64,000 bases of DNA from Takakia lepidozioides (lineage: Eukaryota; Plantae; Bryophyta), in contig CM060731.1 in NCBI GenBank assembly GCA_030704615.1, forward strand, positions 12,214,001-12,278,000, read 5' to 3'. The position numbers and the translations under genes were made by a program. A model generated the notes under the pieces. The model was given only the letters and a program-made list of their open reading frames with translations. It was not told the DNA's origin and ran no database searches. Shown in pieces: positions 26,683 to 40,854 of this stretch (positions are counted from its first letter, which is position 1; each line of letters starts with the position of its first letter).

Positions 26683-28165
26683 GAGAGGTAGGATATATAG
26701 GGTTTAAAATTTTAGGACCGAAAAGTTTAATATACGAACAGTAATTTTCGTAATAAATATCTTATAAAAACGGTAATTATCGTATGAGAACTTCTAGCGT
26801 AATAATTGTATAAGAACAATAAGTATCTCATAAGAATGACAATTATCGTATGAGAACGATAATTATAGTGTGAGATTATGTAAACAGTTTTCTTCCTTGC
26901 GGATCTACCTCTTTTCTCAAAGCACTCTTAAAGCACTTAAAGCACTGAACGCTAGTATCTCTACTTTACGAATGTTTCAACTATTCTGGCTGAAATTTGA
27001 AAAAAGTGTCGAAGACTTTTTTGTTGTCACATCTTCATTTTTAAAACTGCTACCCCCCCTGTAGAGTGAAAAAACCGTCGCTCGACTTCTTGGTTCTAAA
27101 GCAAAAGAAGCTCCAACAGTACCGAGACGAGAGGTAGGATGTAGGGTTTAAACCAGTGTTGGGCGGTTACCCGCCTAGGCCCCGGGCAACCGCCGGTTCC
27201 GGTTCCGGTTATGTGGAACCGGACCGGAACCGGACCCGCCTGTGCAGAACCGGAACCGGAACCGGAACCGCTCATTGGGGATTGTGTGGGAACCGGAACC
27301 GGCGGTTCCAGCTACGATCACATGTGTGGGAACCGGCGGTTCCAGCTCCAAAGCGGTTCCGGTTCCGGTTCCGGTCCAAATTTATGTAGTTTTTTTTAGT
27401 TGTGCTTTTGCTGCACCATAAAAGGTAACCATAGAATTACACATGTTTAATTTGTTTTGTATTTTGAATTAAGATCCTTATGTAGTTAGTTTGTTTTAGT
27501 TGTTCTTTGCTACACCGTACGACAACTTATAAAATCTCTGGTTTTCCGTTTTTAATGGAGACCATGCGTATATAACTAGTTATATATACCATAAAAGACA
27601 ATCACAAAAAACATATAAGTTTATTTACTTCTGTTTTACTAATAAATTTCCTGGTTTTAGTTGAAAATTCTCAGTATGACCAATCAGATCAGTTCATCTA
27701 ATTTTCCAGAAGAATAAAAAATTAAAAGAATTTAATATATTTTAAAAAAAGAACCGGAACCTAACCGGGAACCGGTGTCTTTTTTCCAGCAACTAACCGG
27801 TAACCGGAACTGCCCCCATGTTAAAAAGTCGGAACCTGAACCGGACCGGAACCGCCTTAATAAAAAATAACCGGATCCGGATCCGGAACCGTCTCTTCAA
27901 AAATTTGTGGAACCGGAACCGAAGGTTCCTTCACAAAGGCAAGAACCGCCCAACACTGGTTTAAACTTTAGGAATGGAAAAGATACTACGAATGGTAATT
28001 ATCGTATAAGAACGGTAAGTATCTTATAAAAATGAAAAGTATTATATGAGAATGTGTAATGTAATTATCGTAAAAGAACGATACGTATCTTATAAAAATG
28101 ATAATTATCGTATGAGAACGTGTAAGCAGTTTTTTTCCTTGTGGGTCTGCCTCATCTCTCAAAGT
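26683..28165. repeat. Two copies of a ~330-bp unit (copy A 22105-22176 + 26683-26921; copy B 27055-27153 + 27967-28165) containing a ~20-bp minisatellite TAATTATCGTATGAGAAC
   Basis: The copies align by eye once the two hAT insertions are removed. Confidence 0.8.
27154..27958. mobile_element. Non-autonomous hAT element with GGAACC/GGTTCC subterminal repeats
   Basis: TIRs CAGTGTTGGGCGGTT / AACCGCCCAACACTG. Perfect 8-bp TSD GTTTAAAC at 27146-27153 and 27959-27966. Confidence 0.93.
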
Positions 28166-28415
28166 AAGGGTGTTTTAGTTTAGATTAAATTGGACGACCG
28201 TTTGCCAGTTGTCCGGCCGTTGCTGTCGCCCGGCGGTTACCTAAATGTCGCCCAACGATCGGCCAAACCCCCTCCCCAAAAATAAAAGTAATAATAAAAA
28301 TAAAAAACCTCACATAACCACCGAAGTCTAGCAGTTGCCTTGTTGTCGGGCTACTGCCGTCGCACATCGGTCGTCCGAAACTCAAAAGAAATATAAATAA
28401 ATAAATAAATCGCAT

Positions 28416-30640
28416 AGACGTTCGTCATCGTCATCGCCCAACAATCGAGTAATTATGGCAGGCAACTCCGCCGTACCATGCATATCATCTTGATCTGCTG
28501 GAGGTGGCACATCCTCTGCATGAGCATTGCCTTCTAGCAACTCTCCAGGCCAATTCACCGCACCTATGAAGGTGTCAGTATCTTGCCCCACTGGGCAGCT
28601 GCAACATCCCCAATGAATGTCACCGGGAGTTGCACACGACGGCCATCTCCTGATTGCCATCCAGGCCTATACGAGGCCGACTCCTCCCAAAAATCCAGGG
28701 TTAAATCCACGGGATATAATACTGTCCCACCAACCAACATATCATATGAAACTGCGTCCGTCACAATGGCCTTGGCTCACATAACTGAGCCATCTATAGG
28801 ATGATCCGGCTGCAGTCTAATGAATAGCTCATGGCGTGTCATGCCTCGACCCTTTCTGATCCCCCCAGAGATGTCTTTATCTAGAAATGACGAGGCTCCA
28901 TGTCCGCCTCTGTGAGCCCCAAACCTGCAATAGCAGCTTTGCCCAGCATAAGTGGCTGAGCTCCCAAGTCCAGCAATACTTGTAGTGGCTGAAACCTCCT
29001 GCCCGCCGGCCCACTCAAACAGAAAACACCATCATGGTTGTCCAACAAAACAACTCCAGGTGTCACCATGGCACGCTCAATGGCTGGCCTAACTGGCAGC
29101 TCCGTCAACCTGGCAGCTGCAGCTTGCCATGGCGCAGCCGTGGCAGTCTTGACTCTCAAATCCAAAGATTCTTCTGCCACTACACCTTCTACTAACTCCG
29201 CAGAAGATGAAGTGACATCCCCACTCTCATAGAGTGTTGCTGCTAGTCTGAACATTGCAGCTGGTCTTACCCCCGGTTTCACAATCATGGTTGTCGAGAA
29301 TAGTAGGGCCTGACAAACAGAGATAGCCGCCCCCACAGCACATTGGCTGCACTAGCCTTGGCAGCAGGTGTCGGCGCTACATGTGTAGCGCTCCCCAATG
29401 GCACAATAATCTTCCCCTCGGTATCCGTGGGGCGAGAACTAGGCCTTGTGGCTCATAAACTCGTGTTGCTCCTCGAGTCACAGCTACAGCAAAATCCACA
29501 TGTAGAAGTGGTCCTCCGAGTGCTGCCCCGCACATAAATCCCATGCATCTCATGTCTCCTCCATTAGGATGACGCTGCTAAGGAGGAGCAGGAGGTGGAC
29601 CCTCAGGTCTTGGAGGTGGTACCACGTGAGCTGTGGCGATGGCAGCAAGCCTTTGCTCCAGCTGCTGAAGTCGGTTGGACATGCCTTGGTCAACGCCCTG
29701 ACCTTCTGCACGTCCTTGGCCATACTGTACTTGCCCTCGTCCTGCACCTCGTGCCTGACCACCTCGTCCTCTTTGAGGTGCTTCACCTCACCCTTGGCCA
29801 CCATTGTTCCCTTGGAACTAGCCTCGCCGTAACTCAAGGTGCAAGTCATAACATTGGGCCTCTCCATGCCCATACTTGCCATAATGCCCACACTGCAACT
29901 GTGCAGGTTGTGCTTGTGTCGGCCCTTTGCCGCTCTCTGGGCAATCCTTCTTGACATGGGGTCCTCCACATGTCCAACACACCTGACTACCTAAGCTTCA
30001 ATGACCCCTTGGGTCACACTTATCAAGCGCCTCATACGAGTGTAGGTCTCTCACAAGCTCTCACTAGACTTGCGTTGGAAATCTTGCGAACTTCGCAGCT
30101 TCTCTGTCTATACGCCTTGGTAGTTCCTCCGCAACTCCTGGATGAACTCCACCACCGGGTTGAATCTAGGCACATGTGTTGTAGTCGTGGCAGGAGGAGT
30201 GGTAGTACCTTTAGAACTGGTACCACCTGCAGAAGTACCGGCACTATTTGTTTCACTACTAGTGCTGACAGTGGGAGATGTTGGTGCTGATGCAGCTACT
30301 GATCGCATCGTGCCTCGAGTAATGGAGACGTAGTCAGGTGACCAATACATCCTCCACTCCTTAATCTCTACTTTATGTCCTCGCCTGAACTCATGGTAAT
30401 CGTCCATAGGCGGGCCTTCCAAATGCTGGAACAATCTCTTCCACGCCATGAATGGGGTGAACAGCTGTGGATTGCGCATTTGCTACAAATCACATCAGTT
30501 GTCGAACTCCTGGATAAAGTCATCCAGCTTGATTGTGCCCACAGCTCCATAGTACCTATCAGGCCCCTTGGTAGCTCCATACATCTCCTCCCTGTTGTCC
30601 CACAACAATGGCGAAGGAAAATGCACACCTGTTGATGAAG
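28416..30640 (-). mobile_element. Degenerate Ty3/gypsy-like gag + aspartic protease
   Basis: Gag-like KLDDFIQEFD...PVVEFIQELRRNYQG...FQRKSSESL.EAYTRMRRL, remnant zinc knuckles, and protease-like VLLDLGAQPLMLG ... YDMLVGGTVL (DSG motif mutated). No RT/IN seen. Confidence 0.65.
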
Positions 30641-33600
30641 CCTCCGAGTCTGTGTCAGACTCTACACCAGTTGAGGATGGAAGTGAAGGTGGTCTGAACC
30701 GAACACCTCGCCTTGTGAACCCACTATCACTGCCAGTGCTTGTAGCCGCACTCCCCTCAGAACTTTTGGGTAACTCTGTGATGTCTTTTCACACCCTATG
30801 TACCTTCCCCGTAATACTACAAGGCTCTACACCTAGCCCTGATAGTGACATGAGTGGGCACTTGTTGTGGTTCATGGGTCATATTCCAATGGCTAAGGGC
30901 ACCTGCACCTGCATCCACTGCAAGAACTCCTACGGTTGGCTAGTCATCAACCCAGCCTCACCATAGAAGATTCACTGGTGGTCTTGCTAGTCATCACTCC
31001 AGTCTCACCACCGACAGCATACTCTAGGATTGACCGGTGATCAAATCCGGCCTAATCCCTATGAAAGCAAGCGCCCACACAAAACCAACATGGCGTACAG
31101 TCGAGCATGCAGGTGTCATGGGGGGATCCAAACATAACAAATCAAAATATCAACACCTCCACACCAAAATCCCTTTGTAGTGCTGCTCATGCAGAATACT
31201 CCAGCCCAAGACCCGGACTGACTATGTAGCCTCCGCCTATGTAGGCCTTGGCAACATAGCTACCAAGTAATGAAAATAGTAAAGAGACGGAGGGGAAGAA
31301 TAGAGGCCCGACTAAGCAAGAACTAATCCTGATCTATGCTATCAACTGCCAGACCTCTCTCAAAGTGTCTCGCTCTGCATGATGGTAAGGTGTGGGAGGT
31401 ATATCTATGTCCAGAAACCTGCCACTAACCTTATCCCAAGCTACAGTAGCCCTCTTTAGCCAGCGATCCTCCTCTGTAGTGTGAAAAAGAATGGCATGAA
31501 TCCCTTCTGTAAAATCTACATCTGGTTCGCAGTGCAAAGAAGCTTGTTGCCCCAGCCCACTACACCCTAGTGAAGACAAGTTTGCTACTCTAAATCACTA
31601 TCCTCAATCATTGACCCTTTATTGTTCATGACCAGAGACCAGATGCCCTCATCCATGCCGCAGCGAAGAGAAAACATGGATGGGACTAGGAAGCTTCTCC
31701 ATTTTTATCTCTCAGCTTACAACTGGTTATCCCTCCATTCTTCTTTTTTCTATGTAGCTCTCCCCTTTTCCAGATTTCTTTTCTCACCCTTGCATGACAA
31801 AATATTCCCTAGGTATCATGTAGAACCACCCTTCCTACATATTGTGCAATTACACCAAGGCAACACATCCAGCATGACCAGATACAGAATTTGTGAGTTG
31901 GTATCTCAAGGATGCCCCACATTCCCTGTTTGGTCATTTTCTCTTCCCAAACAAGGCCCTCCATTCTGAGTGCTTTAAGAGACAATTCAGGTTTGTCAAT
32001 CAGTGATAAAGAGCCCATTATCTACATCTACATTCTACCTCATCCTTACCTTTTGCATTCAGCTTTGAACCAACAAAGTTCCCGAACTAAATCCCCTCAT
32101 TCTGGGATCAAACATCAGGTTTCAGCTTCAGTAAGGCAGCTACACTAAACAGCTTAAAATAATTTTCCACTTCATCCCTCTGATGTATGCATGCCACATA
32201 AATTCAGGATACCCTAGTTCTCCAATGAAACACTATCACCCTCATCTTTCTATTGTTAAAAACGCAGCTAACCCTACTGGTTTGTGCTCTACTGTGCGCA
32301 AAATTGCATGTACATTTGACATCAAACTTCAATGCAACATTGAGTCCAGATTCATGCGACTGGAAACACATGATCTGAAGCAAAAGAAACATCATACACT
32401 CAGTGACTATGGTGGGGCTGCATCTGCCCTCTAATCAATATTCCCACAAACATATGCATCCTCTCACATCATCTCTACAATCTCCTTGGTTTGAAGTCAG
32501 ACCACCTCCATTCCATTTCTCCAAAATCTTATCTTCTACATCAGTCTTGCTTGAGAGCTCCTAAGTCCAACGACAACAACTATTCCTAAGTGAAAGAAGC
32601 AGAAACCCAGTTTCCATGAACTTATTTGTCTTATAATCTTCGTGAAGCGATGGGTTTGCCTGCCTGAAATGGCACCTCACCATCTTTGTCAGCAGCTACC
32701 CTACTCCTCTCTGTCATCTGAATCGACGGCGTTCTCTCTATTTAAAGATAACTTGCGTCTGCCAATCCAGTGCCCACATCTCCATGAATGCAATTCAGCT
32801 GGCGGCTACAGAAGATACACAAGCTACCTTGAAGTTCATCCTCCCTGTCATCGTGGTCATGAAAGTAACGGCGGCACTGCTGCCCCTCCACCGAGCTGCT
32901 TCCCCTGCAACTCCGAGATCGAATCACAGGCGGCACCGCCTCTATGCCTTCATTACTTCTGTCAGTACCACATGACATTACTTCCCTTGCCCTTCATGAA
33001 TCATCCTGCAGCACTCCCTTTCTTCAAAGCTGTGAAACAATCATTGCACCGCCCTAACTTGATTAATTACAAGTCTAAACTATAATCAATACTTTAGTAG
33101 GAAACAGATTGCCCGCATCTGATCGTCATAAATGGATTGCTTTGCTCGGTCCTCATGCTTGCCACTAATCAACTGTAGTCGTGGCCCTCAATCTAGTAGT
33201 TGCATAAGATGTCACATTGCGAAGTCATCAACCTAATTCCTGCCCATCATCTGGCAGCAAGCTGCTTCTCCCGCAAGCCCTACCTTCTACAATCGTGATC
33301 ATGAATGCCAATGAAGGCACAGTATCTACAGCCGCACCCCACCAAGCTGTTTTCCCCTGTGAGTTCATAAATTGCTAAGTGGTGATCACAAAGAGAACGG
33401 CAGCTCTGCGTCTCCTCATAGGCTCAAATCATCACAAAGCAAACATATGGCACCATCTCACCCCACCTGCACTTGCACAACATAATAAGTCCTTCCCCCG
33501 TGAGTTGATCTTTCAGAAATAGATCATCAAAAGGCGGCACCGCTTCCCTGTAATCGCAGCTGCACACCCTTCCAAGCATTGCTCCTCCTTTGTTAGCCAC

Positions 33601-33729
33601 ACCTCATGCCACGCCATGCTCCTCAATCGATATACCTCAATGCATGCGTGCCAAGCTCCCTACTGTAAACACCACACCATTCTACTTCCCACAGCACCCG
33701 TAGGCCTTCCCCGCCATCACACTTCCTTC

Positions 33730-34149
33730 AGGAATGAAGTCTGTTCATCGTCGGGATGAAAAACAGGTAGATGATGAGTTGAAAGACTTTCATCCAGGCC
33801 GCAGACTTTCATCGCGCTCATAGAGTAATATGGAAAATCAGGGATGAAATCCGCCCATCTGGTGGATGAAATAAATCGCAGGTACACTTAGGCATTTTCA
33901 TCGTGCACCCCATCATCCCATGGTGTAACCTAGAAACATGGATGAATTCCATTCATTCATTGGATGATAAATCCACTGTTAATGGCTTAACCACTTCCAT
34001 CCTGGTGAAGCATCCTCTTCTCAGCTCATGAAACAACCTGGTAGGCATAGATGAACTCCGTTCATTGTTGGATGATATGGACTACGTCCATCCAATGGAT
34101 GAAATAAAATCGCAAGGATACTTAACTTCTTTCACACTGGTATCAGAGC
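33730..34149 (+). mobile_element. Putative LTR 3' end with GGATGAA/TTCATCC motif cluster, followed by a tRNA-iMet PBS
   Basis: ...TTCACA-C-TGGTATCAGAGC (CA at 34135-34136, PBS 34138-34149). Numerous GGATGA(A) motifs upstream; similar motifs at ~21844-21872. Confidence 0.5.
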
Positions 34150-37100
34150 CCCTGTCTTGTAGAAATGCAGAATCTGAACAAGTAACAACAATTTTTTTAA
34201 TGTTATTCCCCTACATTTACACTACACCTCTCTCTGCCAGGTAGAGACAAAGCAATACTCCCCTATCCCCCACTCACTGAATACTAAAGAAAATAAAGCT
34301 AGGTTCTAACGGTCTCTCAACTCGAAAGCTTTGAGACGGTTGCGGGTGTCCTCGTTACGAAGGACTGCATCTCCTTCAAGTAGAACTAACTGTTCATTGC
34401 TAATGAACCCCCCCTCATGATTGCCTCGTGCAGATTGAGATTGGCATTGACACCTAATTTGCACACACCTGTGCAGCTCCCGCTCCCTTGCTCCAGTACA
34501 CCACGGCCTTGTGGCTGAACACCTTGGTCCCGGGGGCTGTCTTTGGCTGTGTTCCAAGCCTAGCTTCCACCCACTTTGGTGTTTCACCTACAACTACAGA
34601 ACTGCTCTCTCCCACAACACTCTGCCCGTTGCCTGATTCCCAGTATGCCACAAGGTCATCCAACTGGCTTCCATTTAGCTCAGTCTATGTGCCTTGGGAA
34701 ACATAAAAAAATTCTCCACACACTTGAAGACTCAACGAGGAAATGAGCCCTTCAATGATCTCTGTATCTCCTCGAGCCATGCATTACAGACATACAAAAC
34801 TTCCCAGATGCATACAGGCCAATTCTCCCCAGCAGTGTATACGTACTAGGATTGCATTTGGCCGACTTTAGAACCGACACCACTTTATTTTTCCAAAAAA
34901 TCCATAGATTTTTGGTCGGGTTCTAAAAACTAAAACCTAGGTAGATAGATCTCCCCTTTCTACAATTCCCTGCCCAAAGTTTGGGTCAAATGGCCCTGGT
35001 ATGCCAAAGTTATGGCCAAACAGACTATGTATAATTTAAATTAGATCAAAACAGGGCTGTAAGGCGTATTTCTTTTCTTTTTTTTTCAAAATGAGAAATA
35101 CTAGTATTTCTCTGGTGTACGCTATATGTTCCCCAACAAATAAACACCATTTCTAGGCTCCCTATCTCTGTACATGTGCCCAAAGTTTTAAATTCGTACT
35201 TAAGGCTCTTATATATGGTTCGGCATATTCTAGCATGTCCGACGACTTGCAGCATCACTTTAGTGGCAAACGCAGACAGCCACTCGTCCACATGCAATCC
35301 AGGCAGACAGCCCGAACTCAATTCAAGCAACAACTGTTCTCTCAATTCGTGGACGTCAACCATGTGCAGGCCGCGTGGCAACTCCAAAACTGTGGGACGG
35401 GTACTCTTCACCTATACGACCCTACCAGTATCCGGGGATTCCAGCATAACGGACATGGCTATGCCTTGGGAATTACAATGAATGCAGTGACAAGTTGAAG
35501 CCCTTCGGCAGCGGCTGTACAAAGTGTTTTTGTTGTAAAGAACTTGGCAAATCGGCAGTTTGAGCCAACCAATTCTTCATCTTTCTCTCAGGCATGTACC
35601 TTTCAATTCCCCTGCTGCAAATCCGAAGGAAGTACCCCAGCAGCCCGCTCGGTGAGTGTCTAATCTTTTCAACACCACCGCCACTAACACAGCTCAAAGT
35701 GCAGCTACGGCAAATGTGAGCCGTCGAGTGGGCCTTGCTGCAAATTGCTTGCCTGTAAGGTACTACTCCGCCCTGTCCCAACACTCTTGACTTCAACTTA
35801 TGCAGACACATTGAATCTGTACAGACTAAATGCAACTCGGATCTTCAACAAAGGGGTACGTTACAACTTCCAATCAACAGTAGTTGTGACCCGGCCCGAT
35901 TTTCGATCATCAATTCTGTGACCTAGCATTCTTGTTCTGTTTGAATCATCGCACACTGCAGATGAAGCAATGCTTATGGCTCTGTAGTATGCACTCATCC
36001 AGATAACCAGTCAAAGATGGAAATATGGGTCAGACTGATTAACAAGCGCAACAACTTGTTCAACAAGTAACCCTAGTCTGTAGCTCTCCAGCACTGCGCA
36101 TTCTTCCCTTCTCACATCCACAGACAATGATGTGGGTCCCTGGCTAGCGGCACATGATCTATTCCGCTCATTGATCCAAAATGATGACGAGCCTTTGGTG
36201 TTTTTTGAATCTACTACCACCTCGGGCATGCCACTCCTCGACCCCTGCTATTGCACTTCCACACATGCGGTGCACTTGCGAAGTAGAAAGTAGACCTGTC
36301 AGTTTAAAAAGCACTTGTTGATCACGCTTATGTCAACTCCTGGCCTGTCACGAGGAATGGGAGTCCATTTCAGACTTGCAGGCTATCCTTAGCAACCCTC
36401 AGCAGAGTCTACACTTGTACACCAACCTGCAACTACCATGACTTCCAGTGCACAATTTGTTGTCTTGCTCAACCGAGATCTTCACGGTCTAGGAGGCTGA
36501 CTCTCCTCACTGTAGCAGCACATTGCATTACCAAATCTTGTTGTCGTGTCGTTGGTTGTGTTGATCAGCTCCTTAAACAGGTTGTCCATTAAAATCAGGC
36601 GCACTGCGGCCCTTTTGTGAGACCTCCTTCGTGCAAGTTCCGGACACTTCAATCCAGCTTTACCGTGGCTCCCTTGCCATCCTCCTGCCTGTGCTGCCAC
36701 TTCTCAAGCGCCTAGAAAGAAAGTGAAGTGTCCACAAGCTGACTCTCAAACCTCATCAACATGTCGTTTCTTGGTAGCAGCCAGTGCTAGTGCGTGAGTT
36801 TCCCCACGTCCGCTCTTAAACAACCGCTCGAGCTGCTATTATCTATCGCCATGCCATACGAATCTACATACTTGTAGAATATGGATCTATATAATAATAA
36901 TATTTTGTATAACTCAGCATGTGTAGACGAGGGCCTATACCTGTACATACCCTTGCAAAACTAATAGTAACTATCTCATCACTATAAGATACTTTGGCTG
37001 TCAGTCATGCTTCAAACCTTATTTCAAGACATAGTGCTAAAACAAAGAATCTATCTAGCATAGCACTACAAAGCTAGATAGACATCTCTCTCGAGTGATA

Positions 37101-37548
37101 ATAAAAACTAGACACCATCACTCATACATTACGAGTCAAGCCAATCACACCCCAAAAGCTATGGGGAATCTGAACTACGTGCGTTATAGCCGACGCGTGA
37201 GGCTCAACTCGAGAGAGATGAGCCTCACCGCGCGTTCGCCGTGAAGATAAGCCACGTCCAGGGGCCAACAAATATCTTGGCCCCTGGGTTGACACTTGGA
37301 TCAAGCCCAAGTGTCATATATAAAAAATAGTTATTTATTGGTCAGTTTCACACTACTAGTAAACTTTACTTGACAAGGAGGCTCCTGGCACAATAAACCA
37401 TAATCAACCTATCATGTCTGTCATGACACTTTAGAGGTACTAGAAAATAAATGCAGTTGTCTCATATGGCAAGATCAAGAAGAAAAGAACAAACAAATAG
37501 GTTGTTGGACACAAATGCATACCGAACAAGGAAATCACCTGACCAATC

Positions 37549-37653
37549 AGATGATGACTTGACATCAGATATATACATAATGCTGCAATGACTGACCCCT
37601 CAATGCACCAGTGATGGCTCAGATTGACTGTGTGGTTTGACTATCTATGTACC
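37549..37653 (+). repeat. 105-bp direct repeat, copy 1 (copy 2 at 53141-53245)
   Basis: Ungapped manual alignment, 6 mismatches. Confidence 0.92.
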
Positions 37654-38581
37654 TGTGGATGCACTCAGCTCCTTTGTGTTTTCTTTCTTTCTCTGTGACC
37701 TGAAAACTCTTACTTCTCACTAACTGAGCCTTTGTCTATGCAGATGTGGTCCTGTATGTAGGCCAACTGAAGGGAAGAAGAGTAGCATGTTTTCTTAAGT
37801 CTTAGTTACCTACGAATTTGTCTTGAGTTTTGGGGTTGGCTTAGCAGGTGAGAGGGGGATAGAGATCCTCATCAAACAACTTAAGTTCATTTTGTCTCTG
37901 CTTTTTCCTTGTCTCACTAATATCTACCATGACCTTTTGTAGATCATTTCTTGCAGGGACTCTTACTGACCATTTGCATGTGTATGTAGGCAAGTGAATC
38001 ACAGAAGGAAGCATTTAAAAATTATTTGCAGGCAAGTGGTGTACTAGACGCTCTCACCAAGGGCACTTCTCCTCCGTCCTTTGCCCTATTTCACATACCT
38101 TGTGTTGGATTGTTACAGAACTATGATATATCTCAGAAAGTTGCAAATAGTGTCTCGGTTACTAGGAGAATTTTTGAGACTGAGGTAACAAGAGTATGGA
38201 ATCTAAGGTCCCTGTGTTTGGCTCCCTTTGTTACTCTTTGCTAAAACATCATATAAATAGTATATGAAACTAAAAGCAAGTTGATTGGATATATACTTAT
38301 GCAATATAATTCTCTGCTTCTCTCTGAACATTACCAGTATTTCCCATTCTCTTCTGTTTGTTGGGTGGATGTTCAGTATGATGGGGACCCCATTGGGAAA
38401 AAGGGTCACAAGGGAATAGATATAGAGTGGATTAGCTAGGATGTTTGGTCACTGACTAGAAAATAGAAAGATAGAATGACCACCACCACAGTTTGAAAGA
38501 GTATAGTCTGCCTAGAAAACAACACTAGGAATCACTCCATGTAGTAAACAATTATCAAAAAGGAAAAGGAAAGGGACTCAC

Positions 38582-40262
38582 AGTGCCGTTGAGTTTCTCC
38601 TTGCCAAATCAGCTTCATAACGCTGGCTCTTCATTATTCTGCCAATTGTTTGTTTTAGGTGGAAGTCTTTTAACTTGTGTGGCGTATATGAAAATAGCTT
38701 AGCCAGGTGATCTCTAATTTCGTATACAACTTCATCAGGTTCGTTGTTGATGGCAAGGGAACAATCTAGCTTGCGATAAGCCTGTCCTTTAAGGGCAACG
38801 TGCCATACATTCCGGGTCTGACCATACGGGGCTCCTTTGAGGTTCGTCAAAATCACCGTGGGAGGAAGACCTGCAGCTATTCTCTCTTCCTTCACCTTGG
38901 CAGCTTCAATTTTGGCTGAGCTATTAGCCCTCCTTAAAGCATTGGTTCTATCATTCTTTGAAACGGCACCCTCCCCTCCTTCAGAGACCTCCGTGCGCTA
39001 AGGAGAATTCAAAGCAGGATCCTGCCAAGTAGGGACTGGTGGCCATGGCTGTTGGCCAGAAGGCCGAGGACCATACTGGCCATACTGTTCATAAGCAGAA
39101 GGATATTCCGGTGGCCTGCCACCCCCATAGCTATTAGGGGGTGGCAAATATGGTGGAGGAGGATACTGGCCATACTGCCCATATGGAAGAGCACCATATT
39201 GACCCTGACCATACTGAGTGCCAGACTGTGGGTACTGAGCCATACCATAATAAGGTGGGGGTACTGGTGGCACAGAACCCACAACGATGGGAGAGTTAGG
39301 GCCACCTCCTGCATTCTTGTGGGCACCATCTCCATTGCTAGCAGCAGGGATCGTGGATCCAGTGCGCTTGTGCTTGCCCTGAAAAGAAATTCCCCCAGTA
39401 CAATGTGGGTGATTACACATACATATAGGCAGCAAGCAGCAAATCCTCGAATTCAATATAACAAACTGGAAGCACATATCATTTGTAAAGACAAGATTAC
39501 CCAAAACTCAGTATGATCTTGGGCAGTAAATCTCCCAAAATTGGCCCCAATGATGTCCGCCCAATACATTTTTGAGCCCTCTTAGGTATGGGGTGTTCCT
39601 GAAATCCATAGCAAGAATTCAAATGGACAAACCTGATGGGTCCATGAGAAGTATCCCTCCAAGTTTTACTGATATTCTGGGTGCATAAGTAACCCAAGTA
39701 TCTCTATAAGTAGTCATTGTAGCTTAGTACCAGGACGTTGGTTTCATGGGGCAAAGAATTTGAACACACCTGAAGTCTACATTGGCTTGACATCATGCCT
39801 TTGGCACTTCAACTTGTCTAGTGGAAATCATTTGTGATTGTGCCTTGGCTGACCCCTGCATTGTCCAACTTCCCTGTCTTGACAGACATACCCTATCTCT
39901 TCATGATCTTACCATACCCTATCTCTTCGTGATTTTACCAAAAACATACATAAGTTGAATCATGGTCATTGTGAAGAACTATAACTCACAGACGGAGAAG
40001 GTGTTCGTAGTGTAGATGGTGGGCGTTTTTGTCCTGCGACATGAGCATGGGCATGTTCTCCTCGGCTTGCCGTGGCATCCGCCGACGCCTCGCCTCGCAC
40101 TGGCGTGGGAGGAGTGGATCGTCCTCATCGTCCTCAGAAGAGCCCTCATGCAGAATTGTAGTCTTCATCGTCTTCAGTCTGGCACTTTGCCTTGCAGGAG
40201 CTTGATCCCTAGAATTTTCCTTCGGAGCGCGTGGCTTGCGAGGGCGATTCGTTCCCACAAGC
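38582..40262 (-). pseudogene. Spliced accessory gene divergent from the CACTA transposase (TnpA/ORF2-like), with a G/P/Y/Q-rich low-complexity region
   Basis: Exon-like blocks 40262-39990 and 39378-38582 with AG acceptors and GTGAGT donors; in-frame stop at 38998-39000. C-terminal GAPYG...W...L.....LD......IRDHL...F.Y....L....L...IG..MK..R resembles CACTA ORF2 proteins. Confidence 0.5.
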
Positions 40263-40854
40263 CTGCACAAACACCTCCATGACCTCCCTCTCAAACAATC
40301 ATAAACAAATGCAAGCATACATACCCTAATACTCTTAAGCCTACGCTGAACCACAGCCGCACCCTACCAGGACGTAATGGCTGCCCACGAATGACGGCGG
40401 ACATCTCCCGCCTAATGACACACCCTCCTCAAACCTAATCGTCACTCATTGCATGTTGTTTGCCTCTCTGTTTGTACAAGTCGCAGCTACTCGCAGCTAC
40501 TTTGCCTCTCTGTTTGTGCTATGAAGCTTATGATCGCTGTAGGAAGGTTAGAGGATAAGGCGAATCACAAGTTTAATGGGTGGGTATCCAAAGTCAGGAA
40601 CTAAACTCGCCCATCTATCGACTGCTTGAACGTTGCTTCCACCTCCTTTATGGCAGCAATCCGGCGCTCTCGGAACTTCTCGTACTCAGTGAGAGGGACT
40701 GTCATTTCGAAGACCTTCCGCTTCACCATGGACACTCAGAAATGATACTTATAGTATACTATAGATATAGAAATAGCACATTGGCAGCTGGTGCAAAACT
40801 AGAGACAATGCACTGCCGGTAGCATGCAAAGAGGGAAGGGGTGACGTTCAAAGC

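Noticed and set aside
34300-36720. Degenerate coding-like sequence on the minus strand
   Set aside because: Short broken ORFs with no motif I can recognise; needs blastx.
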